Shown here: positions 24,814 to 38,313 of the stretch, one piece after another
Layout of the letters: the number at the start of each line of letters is the position of its first letter
How positions within the stretch are numbered: position 1 is the first letter of the stretch
Source: Zancudomyces culisetae HAW-14-8
Taxonomy: Eukaryota; Fungi; Kickxellomycota
Length of the DNA stretch: 64,000 nt
Direction of reading: 5' to 3'
Assembly: GCA_052426225.1 (NCBI GenBank)
Contig: JBNJNM010000014.1
Coordinates: 573,498 to 637,497 of the forward strand
Notes under the pieces: generated by a model
Seen by the model: only the letters and a program-made list of their open reading frames with translations
Databases searched by the model: none
Told to the model about the DNA's origin: nothing
Translations under genes and position numbers: made by a program

Positions 24814-27173
24814 TACAGACATTGTCACAGAATAGTTCACAGACAAGATCGTCACTAACCGGAGAAAGCGGTTATGATGGTGGTAGCATCCAAGTAATCG
24901 ACACTGTTTAAATTAGAATTAATGAGTTTTGCTTTTTTTCAATCATATGCTTCCTTTTTTTAGAATGTATGTATATATTCGCACGAATAGTAAATAAAAG
25001 CATTACGAGTTAATAATGTTGTGTACAGGTATTTCATTTACTCGATTTTTCTACAGGGTTTTGTCAATTGCTATATTGTTGTGTCGTTTGAAGAAAAGCA
25101 GTATTTCTTTTGCTCAGGATGATTTAATTATTATTTTAAACTTTCTGGTACTAAGCGAAGTGTAAATCTTTATCACACAAAACCTTCAAGTCTTATCTTT
25201 ATTAAATCAATATTCAACATTATCAAATTTAGTATAGTAAGATATGGAAATATTGGTTTGTAAAAATATCTAATATTATTTCATACTAGCTTTATATTCT
25301 TCTTTTTCAACCTGTTTCTAAAATAGTTCAATGATTCCATTATTCAGGTATTCATATATAAGAGTTGGTTCGTAATAAATATAAATTTGAAAAAGACGAA
25401 TACTACAATTTTCGTGTAGTTGTCATATCTTTAGAAAAACGAGTGAGATGCAGGGTGTTGTAAAACATTTCCCTTGGAGTAGTAATTCTTGTGAAGCTTA
25501 ATTTTATGAGACTAAAAAATACGTTTAGATTGATGTTTTCACAAGCCGAGTTATATAGTTGAATTTTTTATTTGACAGGTACAATTGACCTTCAAAAGAG
25601 TAGATGAATTAACTACATTAAGAATCTGGAAAAACTAGTAGCAGAAAATCTAGATAGTTCAGTCCGAACAACTATGCGTCAAGCTCAAAATAACAATATT
25701 GGCGTCGAATCAAGAATATACTGGTATGGATTGGAGTATAAATACTAGTACTGTTTTTATTTGGTCAAGTTGTACTATTTATAGGCGAATGTTACCCAAG
25801 TAAATATTTTTGAAATTGAAATATCTTTAGTCGAATAAAGTTAAAATCTGTTATTGTTATGCAAACACACAGATACAATTATGCCCAGCCTAGTTTTAAT
25901 ATTGGGAAAAAAATAGAAAAAATGAATATCGGTTTGTATACAGTTTTTAAATCTGTATACCCAGTTTTAACAACCTAGTATTGCTATGGTAAGATGGTCA
26001 AAAAACGTGTAATTAGTTAAATATGCTATTAGAGACATAAAATGGTACTCACATAGTTGCATTCTGGTAGGTGAAATTATTGTTAATATTGAAATAAAGA
26101 TAAAATTTCCATTCATACTTAAGTCTGCTTGATCCAAGTAAAAGTGTCATCCAGTGTTCTTTTATACAGGGTATTCACATCAATACTTCTAACGTTGTAA
26201 AACGAGGTCGTATGATTGTAATCATTCTATGTATTTTTGATCTGATTGCAACTTTTTGTCCAATTTTCTATATTGTATACGGTTTCTCGCAAAGATCAAG
26301 TTAGACCAAAAAATCTTATTTTTTTATTGGCCATATTAATCTGACGATTGGATCTTGAACATCGAATAACTGGTGTGCATACATTTTATTGTATTAAGTA
26401 ATATATAACTAATAATAGCTAGTGGTGTGTATATAGATTTTTGCAACCTCCGCATAGCTTTTATCTTTAATTGAGTGTACCAGCGAATTAAACAGATTCA
26501 TTAAAACCGGTAATTTTATTAATATCAACACAGTAGCATATCCAGAATCTGCCCTCTGACTCAAATAAAAAACGTTTTGTTTGCAAAATTAATTTGTCAT
26601 AATCTATTGCCTCTTCTCAAGAAGTAAGCCTCAGAAACTAGATATCTATTATCAACAGCTCAATAGTGATAATCTAAATATCTGTGTATTCAAAACTGAA
26701 TACTCATTCTCAGCGGATTCAAAACTCAGAGATAATCCCTTTGATTTTGACCTGTTTATTAGAAATGCGAGCATAAGTAGTGGTGCTGGATTTGTTTATC
26801 TTTTGTACAAAGATATTCAAAACATGTTAGTGCTACCCACCAAATCCTACTTCAATAGTATTGTCATTGGCTCTGTAACAAGATCCATCACATGTATATT
26901 TTAAATACTTTCCAAAGAATATTAGCTTAATTATCTCTTTCTCTGGCTAGTACTCATACCTATATTACAAAAAATCTACCCAATTACTATAAAAATATTA
27001 TCATATCCGTTTTTGAATACCATGATCTCCATTTTAACGCAAGTTGAGTTAATTATAAAACGATTTTATTTAAAATCTATTTTTTAGGTAATGTTTTTTT
27101 AAGTTTGTAGCAAAAATTAAAGTACGATGCATCTAATGGCTTATTTGGATGAATGAAATCTATAACCTATAAA

Positions 27174-27647
27174 TTAGGTTCTCTTAACCCTGAGCCAAGC
27201 GAATGAAATAGCTCTTCTTCCTACAACTTCGGATATATTGGAAATAGTCTTGGCTGATGATCTACGGACTATCTGACATTTACCGGTACAATCCTTATCC
27301 CCGCAAACCAAGATTACTCCCTTTCCTGGTTTATCCAATCCACTCTTTCTTCCGACCTTAATTGATCCGAATTTTCTTGTGTTGTAGCACTTTCCACGTC
27401 TGATACTGCGCTTTTCGTATCTGTTATCAAAACCAGCAGCCTTGTACAATCTAACAGTTGTTCTCTTGGCCTTGCAGCGACCACGGCAACAACGATGCAT
27501 ATCATTAAATTCACAGCCAGAGAGATTGTTGTTGTGTTCGGAATTAGCAAGATCATTGTTCTGATTCTGTTTGTTACCGCTCATGTTTACTGCACTGGCT
27601 AAGATTGAACCGAAAAGTAAGGCACTGACTAAGACTGACTTGAACAT
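27174..27647 (-). CDS. Small secreted Cys-rich basic protein (crystallin/MiAMP1-like family, member 1)
   Basis: Signal peptide; shared pattern LY..AGF...KCYN...GS...C.D.DC.G.C...SF.W. Confidence 0.85.
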   Translation of the reverse strand: MFKSVLVSALLFGSILASAVNMSGNKQNQNNDLANSEHNNNLSGCEFNDMHRCCRGRCKAKRTTVRLYKAAGFDNRYEKRSIRRGKCYNTRKFGSIKVGRKSGLDKPGKGVILVCGDKDCTGKCQIVRRSSAKTISNISEVVGRRAISFAWLRVKRT

Positions 27648-30209
27648 TTTAATTTTGTTTGATTTTCTTTTTTCCTGGTGGAATGCTGTTGTGTACTTTA
27701 AATTACGAGGAGAGAACCCTACCCCTACACACTTTTGAGTGAGGTGGTATTCTGATAGTTTAAATTGTTTTCACACTAATGTATGGTATAACGAACTCAA
27801 ATTCTAATAATTTGTATAAACTGTAATATACAAGTGAAACTCTATTGAAGTAAGTCCAGTTAATTAAAATTGCAGTCTAGAGTAGTAGCAATATCACAAT
27901 GATATCTTTGAACACTTCTATTTTTTGCAATAATACTGCATTCTCGGTCACTTTTTACTTTTAGTTTATTTGAATAAACCCATTTATAAGTTCCAGCAAT
28001 ATCTGTTGTTGTTGTTAATTGCTATCTTTAGCTGAGCTACACTACTCTAGACATTATGCTAAATTAAAACCATGATGACTAAATGAAAAACCACCAATCT
28101 ATTTTTTGTACTGGCTAAACGCTAACTGGACTTCAAAAAAACCACAAAATAAGGAAAACTCCGGTTATAGAATGAGAGTAGTAGTTAATACTCTGGCTCT
28201 TTTCCGTTTGGTGGAATCTACTCTTTATAATATAATTTTCAATGTTTTATTCATTTTATTATAGCTAGTCTAGAAAGGTGAATTTGTAGATCATTTTTTG
28301 TATTAACTTTAAAAAATAAGATAACCTAGCCAGTTTATTTATTAAAAGTCCAGAGTTACCCTATAAGCAACAGAATGAAATAAAAAGATTTTCGAAAAAA
28401 TGGAACTAGTACTTCGGTATTCATTTTGGTGGGGTTTCATTTCTACCGCAATATCATTTACTTTGCTATCATTGGAGACTATTTAATCATACTAGAAAAA
28501 AGTAAAAATATAAATAATTAGAAAAAGTCGAAGTTTATTTGTGTTTAAATGAGTGCTTTTGAATATTCTGGAGGGGGAGGTGTGGATCTGTTAAAGAGCC
28601 TTGGCACTAAGTTGGTTTTTTGTTTAATTAACACTCTTTCATTACGGTTATAAACTTTATTATACTTGATAAATTACATGATGAAGTAGTACTGTTTCTA
28701 TACCAACTTTTATTTATTCTTGCTTAACGCAAGAACCAAAAGTATAATTTTTCTTATCTATGCATTGCAGTTAAAACAAGTAGAAATAAACACAGAAAAC
28801 CTAGAAGTTAGAATAGTGCCAAAGAAAGATAGGAAAACAGTCATTGCTCAGATCTAACTAGCCAATTCAGTAAATATTTTCTTGCCAAGTTTATACTGGA
28901 TGAGTGTAAAAATAACCTGCTTTCAATGGTAATGAAACGTTGATGAACTCAACCAACTACAAGAAACTAAAAAACATACACTAAAAATTCAGATACATTG
29001 AACAAGAAGGATTAGTTACCTAAAATCCAGTAAAAGAAGCGGTCATATATAGATATTATACAAAAAGAAATAAGAAACACATGAATGTGGTTTACAAAAT
29101 AATTTGAATATTCATTTTAATAGTAGATGGAGATGATAAGATTGAGAATATACCTCTGAGTAATATCAATAGTATGTGTGTAATTTTATTAGTTATTAAT
29201 CGAACCTTCAAAGCTAAAAGTTTTAATTTTATTTAAAACGCTGTCGAATTTCACTTTTATTAATATCGTTTTTTTTCTTGGCACTTGGTACACTTGAACT
29301 TCTGCAAAAGAAATATTTTGCCAAGTACTGAACTTAAAATGTTTATTTAATCTAATTGATAATGTTCATAAGTAAAACTAGAAAACTAGGCTAAACTAAA
29401 CATTTTTGTAAAGTTTGCCATTCTATGTGGGTTTAATCTGTTTTTTATATTATCTTTGGATGAAACGGCCATTTTATAACCAAATTATAAATGTAAGAAA
29501 AGAATGTATATTTTATGGATGTATTTGTTTATTATCGAAAAATATGAGTCATGTGGAGACCCAAGGTTTCATTTAATAAATATCCATAACAGATATTATA
29601 AATAAATTCACAATAAGTAAAATGAATAAAACAAAATATGGAGTCTTGAATGAGACAAATCATTGATAGACTCAATAAAATAATTGTAAAAAACCAACTG
29701 TCAACTTCAAGATTGCCATTGGGATCACATGTCACGACCAGAAAAGAGCCATTGGAGCCCGAAGTGTACCATGGTTTGGTCACTTTAATGCTGTAAATAA
29801 AAGAAAATTTATACAGATCTGAGTACACGGAGCAGGAGAGAAACAAGGATTACAAAGGGTACTAAAAACAAGACCATGAAGTGTAAACCGGCAAATATCA
29901 ATGAGATGGTCGGTCAGGTAAAAGAAATTGGAAGCCAACCTATACAACATCTAGCTGGTGTTGACACAGCTCATCAATTCAATCGATGCCATGGTGTATG
30001 GAATTAGCCAGTAGGATTTATTTATCATTTTATTAGCGATTAATTTAGCGTGCAACAAATTAATAAGTCAACATCAAGCCTTTTAATCTAGTTTACCTAG
30101 CACGAATACCTATTAGGTAAATTATATCATAGCAGAATAAATATTCCGACACACAAATTTATTATGAAAACTTTCACAATTACAAATTATGTTATTGTGG
30201 TTTATTTAG

Positions 30210-30366
30210 TTTCGACTTTGCCAGAGACTTATCATGTAAACATGCATTCCATCAAAGTTGTGTGGATTGGTATCTAAATAATGTATCCAAAATGTGTCCA
30301 GTTTGCAAGATAGATTTAAAATATGAGGCAAACATGGTAGTAAACCTACAGTATCCAAAGGTTTAG
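30210..30366 (+). pseudogene. C-terminal exon of a RING-H2 E3 ligase; upstream part (about 28.4-30.0 kb) appears disrupted
   Basis: After an AG acceptor the frame reads DFARDLSCKHAFHQSCVDWYLNNVSKMCPVCK (CxHxFHxxC..W....CPxC). No intact upstream CxxC exon could be traced. Confidence 0.65.
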
Positions 30367-30728
30367 AAAGTATGTGCTGTTTTTTCTTCTATTTAACTTT
30401 GCACGTTTAATACACCAGAAAACCAGAATCTGAAACCGTTTGATTTTTTTGATTATTGAATATTTTAGGGATGTAGTTGATTGTTTATATATATTTATAT
30501 ATATGTAGGTTAGATAAATAGGGTTCATGTATTATTTAGAGTTAGAAATACACTACAATAGTAGTAAAAAATTATGTGATGTAACAAAAAGATTATCTCG
30601 AATAAACATATATAAATGTTACACATCTAAAAAGGGAGATAAAAAGATGCAACTCTGGTACAATATACATTGAGTCGTCTTTTACTGCCAGTATCGAAAT
30701 AAGACAATGCTAGATTGTGAATTCTGAG

Positions 30729-31853
30729 CTAGTGTTTTTTCTTTTTTAAAAATCAAGCCAAACCACGAACTATCTTTGTCCAGCAAGTTACTTAACCATT
30801 CTAATGTCGCCTAAGTATCACAATAAACGGTGCACACCAAAAATTTATTTAAAATACTACAGGAAATGAACTGAGGAGAACAAAGTATATATGCTTACCT
30901 TCCCCGCCTCTGTTAATTTATCGATATCACAAGGATCGGTAAAGTAAGAGGCTTCAGTTTCATTGAGTAATTCTAAAGGTGAAATTTTTAAAACAGACGA
31001 ATCACCACTATCTGTGTTCAAGTCGCCTTCTCCTATTGAAGAATCGTTTGTTTTATGAACTAAGGATTTCATCCCATACTCATAATTATACTCAATACCT
31101 GAATCTTTTTGGACTTGACAAAAATCATCATTTGGAGCACAAGTATCTGAAAATGCTTGGTTATTCTGGTAATCCAAAAGGTCTTGGGGATCGGAAAAAG
31201 ATGGTGGAAGAAGGGATATTGCTTTGCATAAGGCAGTGTAGAGCTCATCAACTATTATCGGTATTCATTATTTTAGCAATCGAAAGCTCAAACTGTACTT
31301 TTCTGCTACTCTGTAAAAAAAATTAAAATCGACTGACATAAAAAGTGGACTTACGCTTGTTCAAATCCTGGTGAAAAATAAACAATTCAGAAAATTGAAT
31401 TTCCTAGTCGAGATTTTGATCCCAGGAATTATCCGCACTCTCGTTCTCATTGTATGAGCCATTTAGACTTTCGACATTTATGCTTTCCTTGCTGCCTGAA
31501 GGGTGGGAATCCTCTTGAGAAGCATTGTTAAAAACAGAGGATGAGAATGAGAGCTCTAGTTGTAAATAGATGCAATCACCTAAATTATTTTCGTTCTCGG
31601 AATCTACTTTATCCTGTTTTGATGATTTTGCGTACAAAGCAATAGAGTCGTAGGCAATGCTAAATCCAGAGTTTTGAGCAGCTGAAAAAATAACTAGGTG
31701 TGTTGCTGTTATATATACAGACAGCGGTTCCTTGGCAATTGTAAACGCTGGTCTTATTCGTACATCACTTAATGAATGCCTGGGCATGTCGCTTTCATCG
31801 CTTAGATCACCTGCTATGAATTCCGGACTATTGTTTAGAATTGTGAACGACAT
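30729..31853 (-). pseudogene. pICln/Lot5 (Voldacs domain) gene, three exons, with an in-frame TAG
   Basis: Motifs VYITATHLVIFS..GFSIAYDSIALYA, CIYLQL, LDELYTALCKA and LTEAGK/ATLE. Introns at 31252-31354 and 30811-30898 have GTAAG donors. TAG at 31404-31406 lies inside exon 1. Confidence 0.75.
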
Positions 31854-33926
31854 TTTTCATTTCAGTTTTTCACGTTTTGCAGTATTTCTTGCACCAAACT
31901 TGAATATTTGACAAGTTGATAATTCAGGAATAAAATAGTTGAATTGAGTGAGTATTTGATGAGGAAAGCGCTAAGCACAATTAAAAATGGTTGATGGAAC
32001 CTTTCTAGCTTTGTTAGCTCACTTTTAAATTAAACAAAATTAAGCAAGGAATCCCACTAGCTTTGTCAAATCTCGATAAAATAACGAGTCAAAGTTTATT
32101 TAAATTAGTTAGACTGCTTTTCATTTTTCCAAGATAAAATAATTAAGGCTAACAACGCTGAGAAACGGCGAGTATAAGTTAGTGCTCTTAATCTCAACAG
32201 CTTTTACTAGATTTTAAATATGCAGTTTAGGTAATACGAGCATTTTTTTTGTCTGCTATGGTTGATAACTTTAGCATTTATTGAAAGAAGCACCAAAGAT
32301 ATATACCACGTTGTTAACATTTGGTTTTTATAATAAACTACAAGTCCAGTTTGGTGATAGCGAATGGGGTAATATGGTTTAATAAATTAGTTCTTAATAT
32401 TTTGTTTATATGCTTTAGCTTTGATAATAGGAATTTAGAACTAAAAAAAAACTGTGGAATTAGAAAAGATTAGTTAATGAAATATTATTTAGCATGTTTG
32501 AAACTGAGCTACAAACGAATCAGTTGTGTTATTCATATTCAACCTGTGATGATTTTTGAGACTAGCCCTTTTTCTTTGTAGTTTATTTTTTACAATTGAT
32601 TATTGCATATTTTGGAAAGGCGTTTTGCCAATCTGTGTATCGTTCACTTAGTTTCGACTTAGGTTATGAAAATTTTGACTACATCCTCTCAACCCTTTGT
32701 GACGCCTTTTTTATTATTTCTTGCAAAAAAATCACTTGTAGATGATTCTAACAAATCACAAAACCATTTTTGGTCTCATTAAATCCGGCTCTAAATTCTT
32801 TTAATTTTACAGTCTATCTAATAAATATTTTTTGAATATTACTAGACTTTATATCACACCATTCTTTTATAAAAAAAGCTAGAGATATTAAAACCTGATA
32901 ATAATAACTATTTTTTCAATAGTAGAGACCTCGTCGGTCTCAGCAGCCTTTAAACGACATGAATTATCAGCTAGAATGAAAATTCTGAAACATGAGCTGT
33001 CAAGCTTCAGCTGTGCCACAAGGGTAATGGAACCTGTCCAAAACGATTGCTGAAGTGGTATAACGTAATTAAATTCACAATGTAGCTTTTTTGAGAACTT
33101 TTCTGTTTCAATATCCTAATTTAGGTGGTAAGCAGCAAGTCGAATAACCAAGAGTACAAAAGTTTTTAGATTATTCTTTATTTATACTTTATTATACAAT
33201 TTTGAATGTGCATGTTATTTTGGTGAAAAAAACAAGCAAACCAGTTTACTTACACTATTGTGGTATTTTTTCACAATAGCTCATTAATTTTTCGCGCAAT
33301 TATATTATTTAGCTAATTTACATAATATTACATTATAATTTCGGATCTAAAGAAATTAGAAGATCCGAAGCGAAACAAACTTTGTTGATAGTACATAAAA
33401 ATTGATAATTTTAATATCAACATTAAATTAAAAAGATTTGGTCAAAACTCATCCTCACAATCTATTTAGGTAATTTTGGAATCAATAAAAAAATTGTCCG
33501 TACACTTATTTATCTTGATTTGCTTGGTGAATTATATGTTTTTAAAAAACACCCAAATTAGGTTGGGATGGTATAAAAGTAACAAATAAAGAACGAAATT
33601 AAATATTGGAAGTGAATCTATGGAACTGATATGAAAACTACATACAACCATTCGAAGGAATTGATGATTGGAAATCATCAAAAAATTCCAATAATGCAAA
33701 CGATTTGGGTAAATCAGTAGTTGGTACTAGTAAAAAAAGAATAAACAAAAAAAAGAAAAATAGTATAAAAGCAGTTGAATATGAAAATTATCAAGTTGTC
33801 ATTTTAAACAAAAAGGTATCCTACTATCTCTATGCTTCAAACCAGAAACATCCTTTTAAATTGAATAAAGTTTTTTTTCCTATAAAGCTTTCTAGTAGAT
33901 ATATAGACAACAGCAATCAAAGAGGA

Positions 33927-35606
33927 ATGGAAATATCAGTTCTGGGGTTGAGCTTTTACGTACACGACTATATTCTGAGTGTATTACTTTCAATACAGTT
34001 TGTTGACGACCTTGTGTTGTTTGTAACTGAGAGCGAATATAGACACATACTGGCAAATCTTATTTACCTACCATTTATGGCATGCGATATAAAATGGCTG
34101 TTAAAATACATTGTATCGGATCAATGGCTACAAGAAATGCTGGTTTTTATTAAGAACGTGGTTTTACTTTATCTATGTTGTTACCAAATATCGGGAAAAA
34201 TTCGGAAAGCAGTAAAGGAACTAGCCGTGCCCTATGGTTTAAAAAAAGTAAAATGCATAGAGGCAAGTATTAACAGTAACTCTTCGAAGGGGTACAAAGG
34301 CGAAGGTAAGGTTTATGGGAAACACATGAACCAAACTATACGCAGAGTTAATTTGAAAAAGGGAAGAAGTATTTTGATTGGTGGAAGGTTTTCGTCAGAA
34401 TATGTAAAGCATCCAGAGACGATATTCAATAAAAATCGGGCTTTTCTAAGAAACCAACACAAACACACAATATTGACCAGAGGAATGAATGTGAGCGATA
34501 TCCTATACAGCAGATACTTGTTACATTTTCTGTCATATGTTGATTTAAAAGAATCGATGGAAGCAATCCAACCGACCCTGGAACGTGTAATCAGGAGAGA
34601 GATTATATCCTCTGGAAACATGTATAATGGAAATGAAGTTGTGGTCAACAATTTGTATGAAACAGTAAAAAATATGGTTAGATTTGCCGTAGTATTTAGA
34701 TTTTTTGGCCCATACGCAATAAGGGATGAGGATTTGGTTGAAAGCTTAAAAAAAGTGACGAAACCGACCAGGCTTGGAGACGTCAATGATCAAGAGTTTT
34801 TTTCAACACTATTTACTGCGGGATATTTGGGCAATAACTATTTTTATGAGTATTTTGAACTTGAGTCGAGCCGCAGAAAATACCTTCCCGAATATAGTAA
34901 ACCAACTGATATAATACAATTTTTTACAGACAATTTTAGCATTTTCCAAGCGGAGCTAACAAGCGTTGCGTATTGCATACAGAAAGCTATAGCCATTGGT
35001 GTGGAAGTGACATCAAGACGAATGTTTAATTTATTTGTAGAGCTTAGTCTGAGGCCTGACGTCTACAAAGATTTGCTGCAAGAGCAACAAGATCTAATTG
35101 AAAAAAATGGTGGTAACAACCATATTCCATTTGAAATGTTGGACGAAATGGTGTACTTGGATGCGTTTATTAAAGAAACGATCAGACTTTCGGGGTCGGA
35201 TTTATTCATGCCCCGTTGCACAACCCAGGAAGTAGTGATGTCTAATGGCGTGAGTATTTCTAAACATCAATATGTGAGTTTTAACATTCAGGGGCATAAT
35301 AGGGATCCCGAAATATTTGGACCAAATGCGAATGAATTCGACTACAAGCGACACATTCGTCTTGGGCTGAAACTAACAGATGCTTCGTTGGCTAATTTAA
35401 TGTGGGGTGCTGGAAATCGGGTCTGTCTAGCAAGAATATATGCAGCTGCACTTATGAAGCTGATGTTGGCAATGATCATTAGAAAATACGAGGTGCATGC
35501 CAATTATGCTGTTAAAAAAGACAGACATGGACAATCCGCATTCTCTCACTATACATCCCTTAGCGATTTTTGCATAAACAAGGGGTTGTACTTTAAGATT
35601 TGTTAA
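33927..35606 (+). CDS. Divergent cytochrome P450 (probable start at ATG 33927)
   Basis: ExxR motif (KETIR), HNRDPEIFGPNANEF meander, and heme motif WGAGNRVCLA. TATAAA near 33881 precedes ATG 33927. Confidence 0.88.
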   Translation: MEISVLGLSFYVHDYILSVLLSIQFVDDLVLFVTESEYRHILANLIYLPFMACDIKWLLKYIVSDQWLQEMLVFIKNVVLLYLCCYQISGKIRKAVKELAVPYGLKKVKCIEASINSNSSKGYKGEGKVYGKHMNQTIRRVNLKKGRSILIGGRFSSEYVKHPETIFNKNRAFLRNQHKHTILTRGMNVSDILYSRYLLHFLSYVDLKESMEAIQPTLERVIRREIISSGNMYNGNEVVVNNLYETVKNMVRFAVVFRFFGPYAIRDEDLVESLKKVTKPTRLGDVNDQEFFSTLFTAGYLGNNYFYEYFELESSRRKYLPEYSKPTDIIQFFTDNFSIFQAELTSVAYCIQKAIAIGVEVTSRRMFNLFVELSLRPDVYKDLLQEQQDLIEKNGGNNHIPFEMLDEMVYLDAFIKETIRLSGSDLFMPRCTTQEVVMSNGVSISKHQYVSFNIQGHNRDPEIFGPNANEFDYKRHIRLGLKLTDASLANLMWGAGNRVCLARIYAAALMKLMLAMIIRKYEVHANYAVKKDRHGQSAFSHYTSLSDFCINKGLYFKIC

Positions 35607-35842
35607 TAATTTAGAGTATTACATATTGTTTTGTTGCTTTGGTCAATAGTTAATTAAATAAAGTGAAGATAATAATGTTTATAAACGTTCCAAAAGATAA
35701 AAGCAATACATAAAAGAGAAAAGTTGAAACATAACATTAGCATTATACCCTTGATTAGGTTTTGATAATACACAGTATTGCTATAGTATTTGACAAAAAA
35801 TACTCTTGATGTGCTTGAGGGTTTACTTTAGCTAAACACTAA

Positions 35843-36195
35843 TGTATATAGTCGAGTGAAATGAAAACCTATTACTATTATGCGAACATCCAAATATTAA
35901 TATTCTCATAAATACTCATTATAGCGAATCAAATTACTGTCAGTAACTCGGGAATTATAAAGTTTATTTTAATTGTTGGGCTAATTTTTTATAAAACTGT
36001 ATTTTTTTGTCTGTCATTTCATACATCATATGAATAAAAATTCTAAAGTTTAATTTGTTTTTTATCGATTTATTGTTCTATCTATTTAAACGAGTATCTA
36101 AATAAAAATGTACTATATATAATAAGGAATGTAGACGTATGATTGTACTGGTTGTTTGTATAATTATCAAAAATATTTCTATTTAGTGCATTAAA
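35843..36195. mobile_element. Degenerate DIRS-terminus relic
   Basis: GTGAAATGAAAACCTATTACTATTATGCGAACATCCAAATA resembles 16713-16755. The 35985-36070 stretch resembles the ITR, and 36138-36195 is a degenerate inverted copy of the terminus. Confidence 0.6.
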
Positions 36196-37917
36196 ACTCA
36201 CTAATCTAGTATTATTAGTTATATTTAAATAATCAAAATAACATCAATGTACACTTACAGACTCTAAAAGTTTAAAATTAAAGTTCTAATCATTCGTTGG
36301 TTGTAAACTTAGTACTGAGTAAAATATAGTTTGCAAACAGTTATTTTTCAATATATAAAATACATTTCTCAAATCTTACTAATTTATTTTGTGGTATGAC
36401 ATACAAACACTCGTTCAATCTACTCTGATTACTTTTATGGTTTATTAAAAATGTTTTTTTGAAATAAAATTGGTATAAATTGAAATATTCAATCGTTTAC
36501 TATTTATTCCTTATGAGTTAAAAAACAGAAAATAAAGTAGATAGATTACTGAATTCAAATTTAGCTATCACTCAACAAGAAATAATTATTTTTCACTTAC
36601 TTGGCTGTATGAGAGTGTGAGAAATAAATCTAGTATAATATGAAAAAGCTATAGAATAGAACATTTCTATAATTACACTTAGACTAAATATCATAAAATT
36701 AGTAAATTATCCTGTCAGTGTTAATACGACATAAACGATAGCTGGATCGAGTAATCATTTAATTTTGGCTATTCCGAACAGATTTTGATAGTCACACCAC
36801 TCATTTTAATAATCGGATGTACCAATCAAGTCTAAACTTTAGTTTCTATTAATTATGAAAAACCATATTATTAAAATAAATTAAAATATAGAATCATTTT
36901 GAAGTGCACCAGCGTATTCGTATCTCCAACTTTTTATTTTTCTTACTAACCATAGTTACAAACTTTTAAAAGTACTTTGTTGAAAAAATGTGCTCAACAA
37001 TAGGTTTTATGGACTAATCACATACAAAAAGCAGTAAATTATAAAAGTTGCTATTGTGACTAGATCATGTTCCGTTGATCCTCTTTACTTTAGAACTCAA
37101 AAAATAGAAATTGAAAATTTTCCTACAAACTCAGCAATTGCGATAGCCAAAAATTATACAAAGCAGATAATATTAACACATAGGTTTAATTAAACTTTCA
37201 ATTTAAGACATGTACACTGTTTGGCTGCCACACTGTCTAGGACGGTGATATACTATTTAAAATTGATCTACATTTTCACACCACTAGGAACAATGAAATC
37301 CTAGTTATACCATTTATATTCCTCAGCGTATAAACTTTCAATGCCAAACCAATAGAATTTTAGCATATTTTTGAGCTACAATTACTACAAGTTCAGAAAT
37401 GTAACTCCTCATTAAAATATTCTAATATCTCTCATTCTCGACTTGGCCAAGAAATTTCAAATTGGATTAACGAAATTGTTCACCTTGAGATGTTAGTATT
37501 TAATGGAATTTTATAGCACTGGTTCAGGGGCTATTTCAACTATTTTACTGGACTTTTTATTAATACTATACTTTTATTATTGATTTTTTAGTCTCATCTT
37601 TAGATCTAGTATTTTTTGCTTATTCATAATTAATATTTTTACTAGAGTAAACAAACGTATTTCTTAAATATTGAAATATGAATACTAGATTCTAAGGCTC
37701 GCTCAGATTTATGTCCTTACTTTAGCTATTTTTCATGTAAAACAGTATGTTTTTAATCAAGTAAATTAAATAAGATTTTTACAACGACCCGTTTGTGTTT
37801 AGTTTCAAAAAAATATAAATAGCGATATTACTACTTCAAGTTTAACTTCATAATAACTAAACGAGACAAGATCAAAATAACGACAAAGTTCATTCCTGAA
37901 AAAGAAAACCTCTAAAA

Positions 37918-38313
37918 ATGCGCGTTTCAAGTTATACATTGGCCATCCAGCTTCTATCAGCTACTCAAACCCTGCTAGTATCGGGCCATTGCCATCATCA
38001 CCACCATGGGTCCTCTCGACCAACCTTACACGTTAAAGTATTCTCAGGCTACCGCTTTTCAGGAGATGTAATAAACGACTTCCAAATGAGAAAACACAAG
38101 TGTTATAACATTGAGCAGGGCACCTCAGCGCAATTTCTTAATCCCACGAATAGATCAGAAGGAATGCTGCTATGCAGAGAAAACGACTGTAGAGGTGTGT
38201 GTACAGTAAATACCAGGTTTTTACAAACTGGTATGTGGAATTTTCCTGAAGATCTCAAGTCTGGTCCACTTTCAATTAAATGGGTGTCAATGGGTACTGC
38301 CCCCAACGAGTAA
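37918..38313 (+). CDS. Small secreted Cys-rich protein (crystallin/MiAMP1-like family, member 2) with a His tract
   Basis: Signal peptide, HCHHHHH, VFSGYRFSG, KCYN, CRENDCRGVC, SIKW; TATAAAT near 37814. Confidence 0.85.
   Translation: MRVSSYTLAIQLLSATQTLLVSGHCHHHHHGSSRPTLHVKVFSGYRFSGDVINDFQMRKHKCYNIEQGTSAQFLNPTNRSEGMLLCRENDCRGVCTVNTRFLQTGMWNFPEDLKSGPLSIKWVSMGTAPNE

Noticed and set aside
31404-31406. Genome-wide TAG/TAA reassignment suggested by in-frame stops in several genes
   Set aside because: The 3616-aa AC has no in-frame stops, and TAG/TAA terminate DUF952, the P450 and the secreted genes at sensible positions.
33705-33926. N-terminal extension of the P450 from TTG 33705
   Set aside because: Non-ATG start and Lys-rich AT sequence containing a TATA box; ATG 33927 is more plausible.
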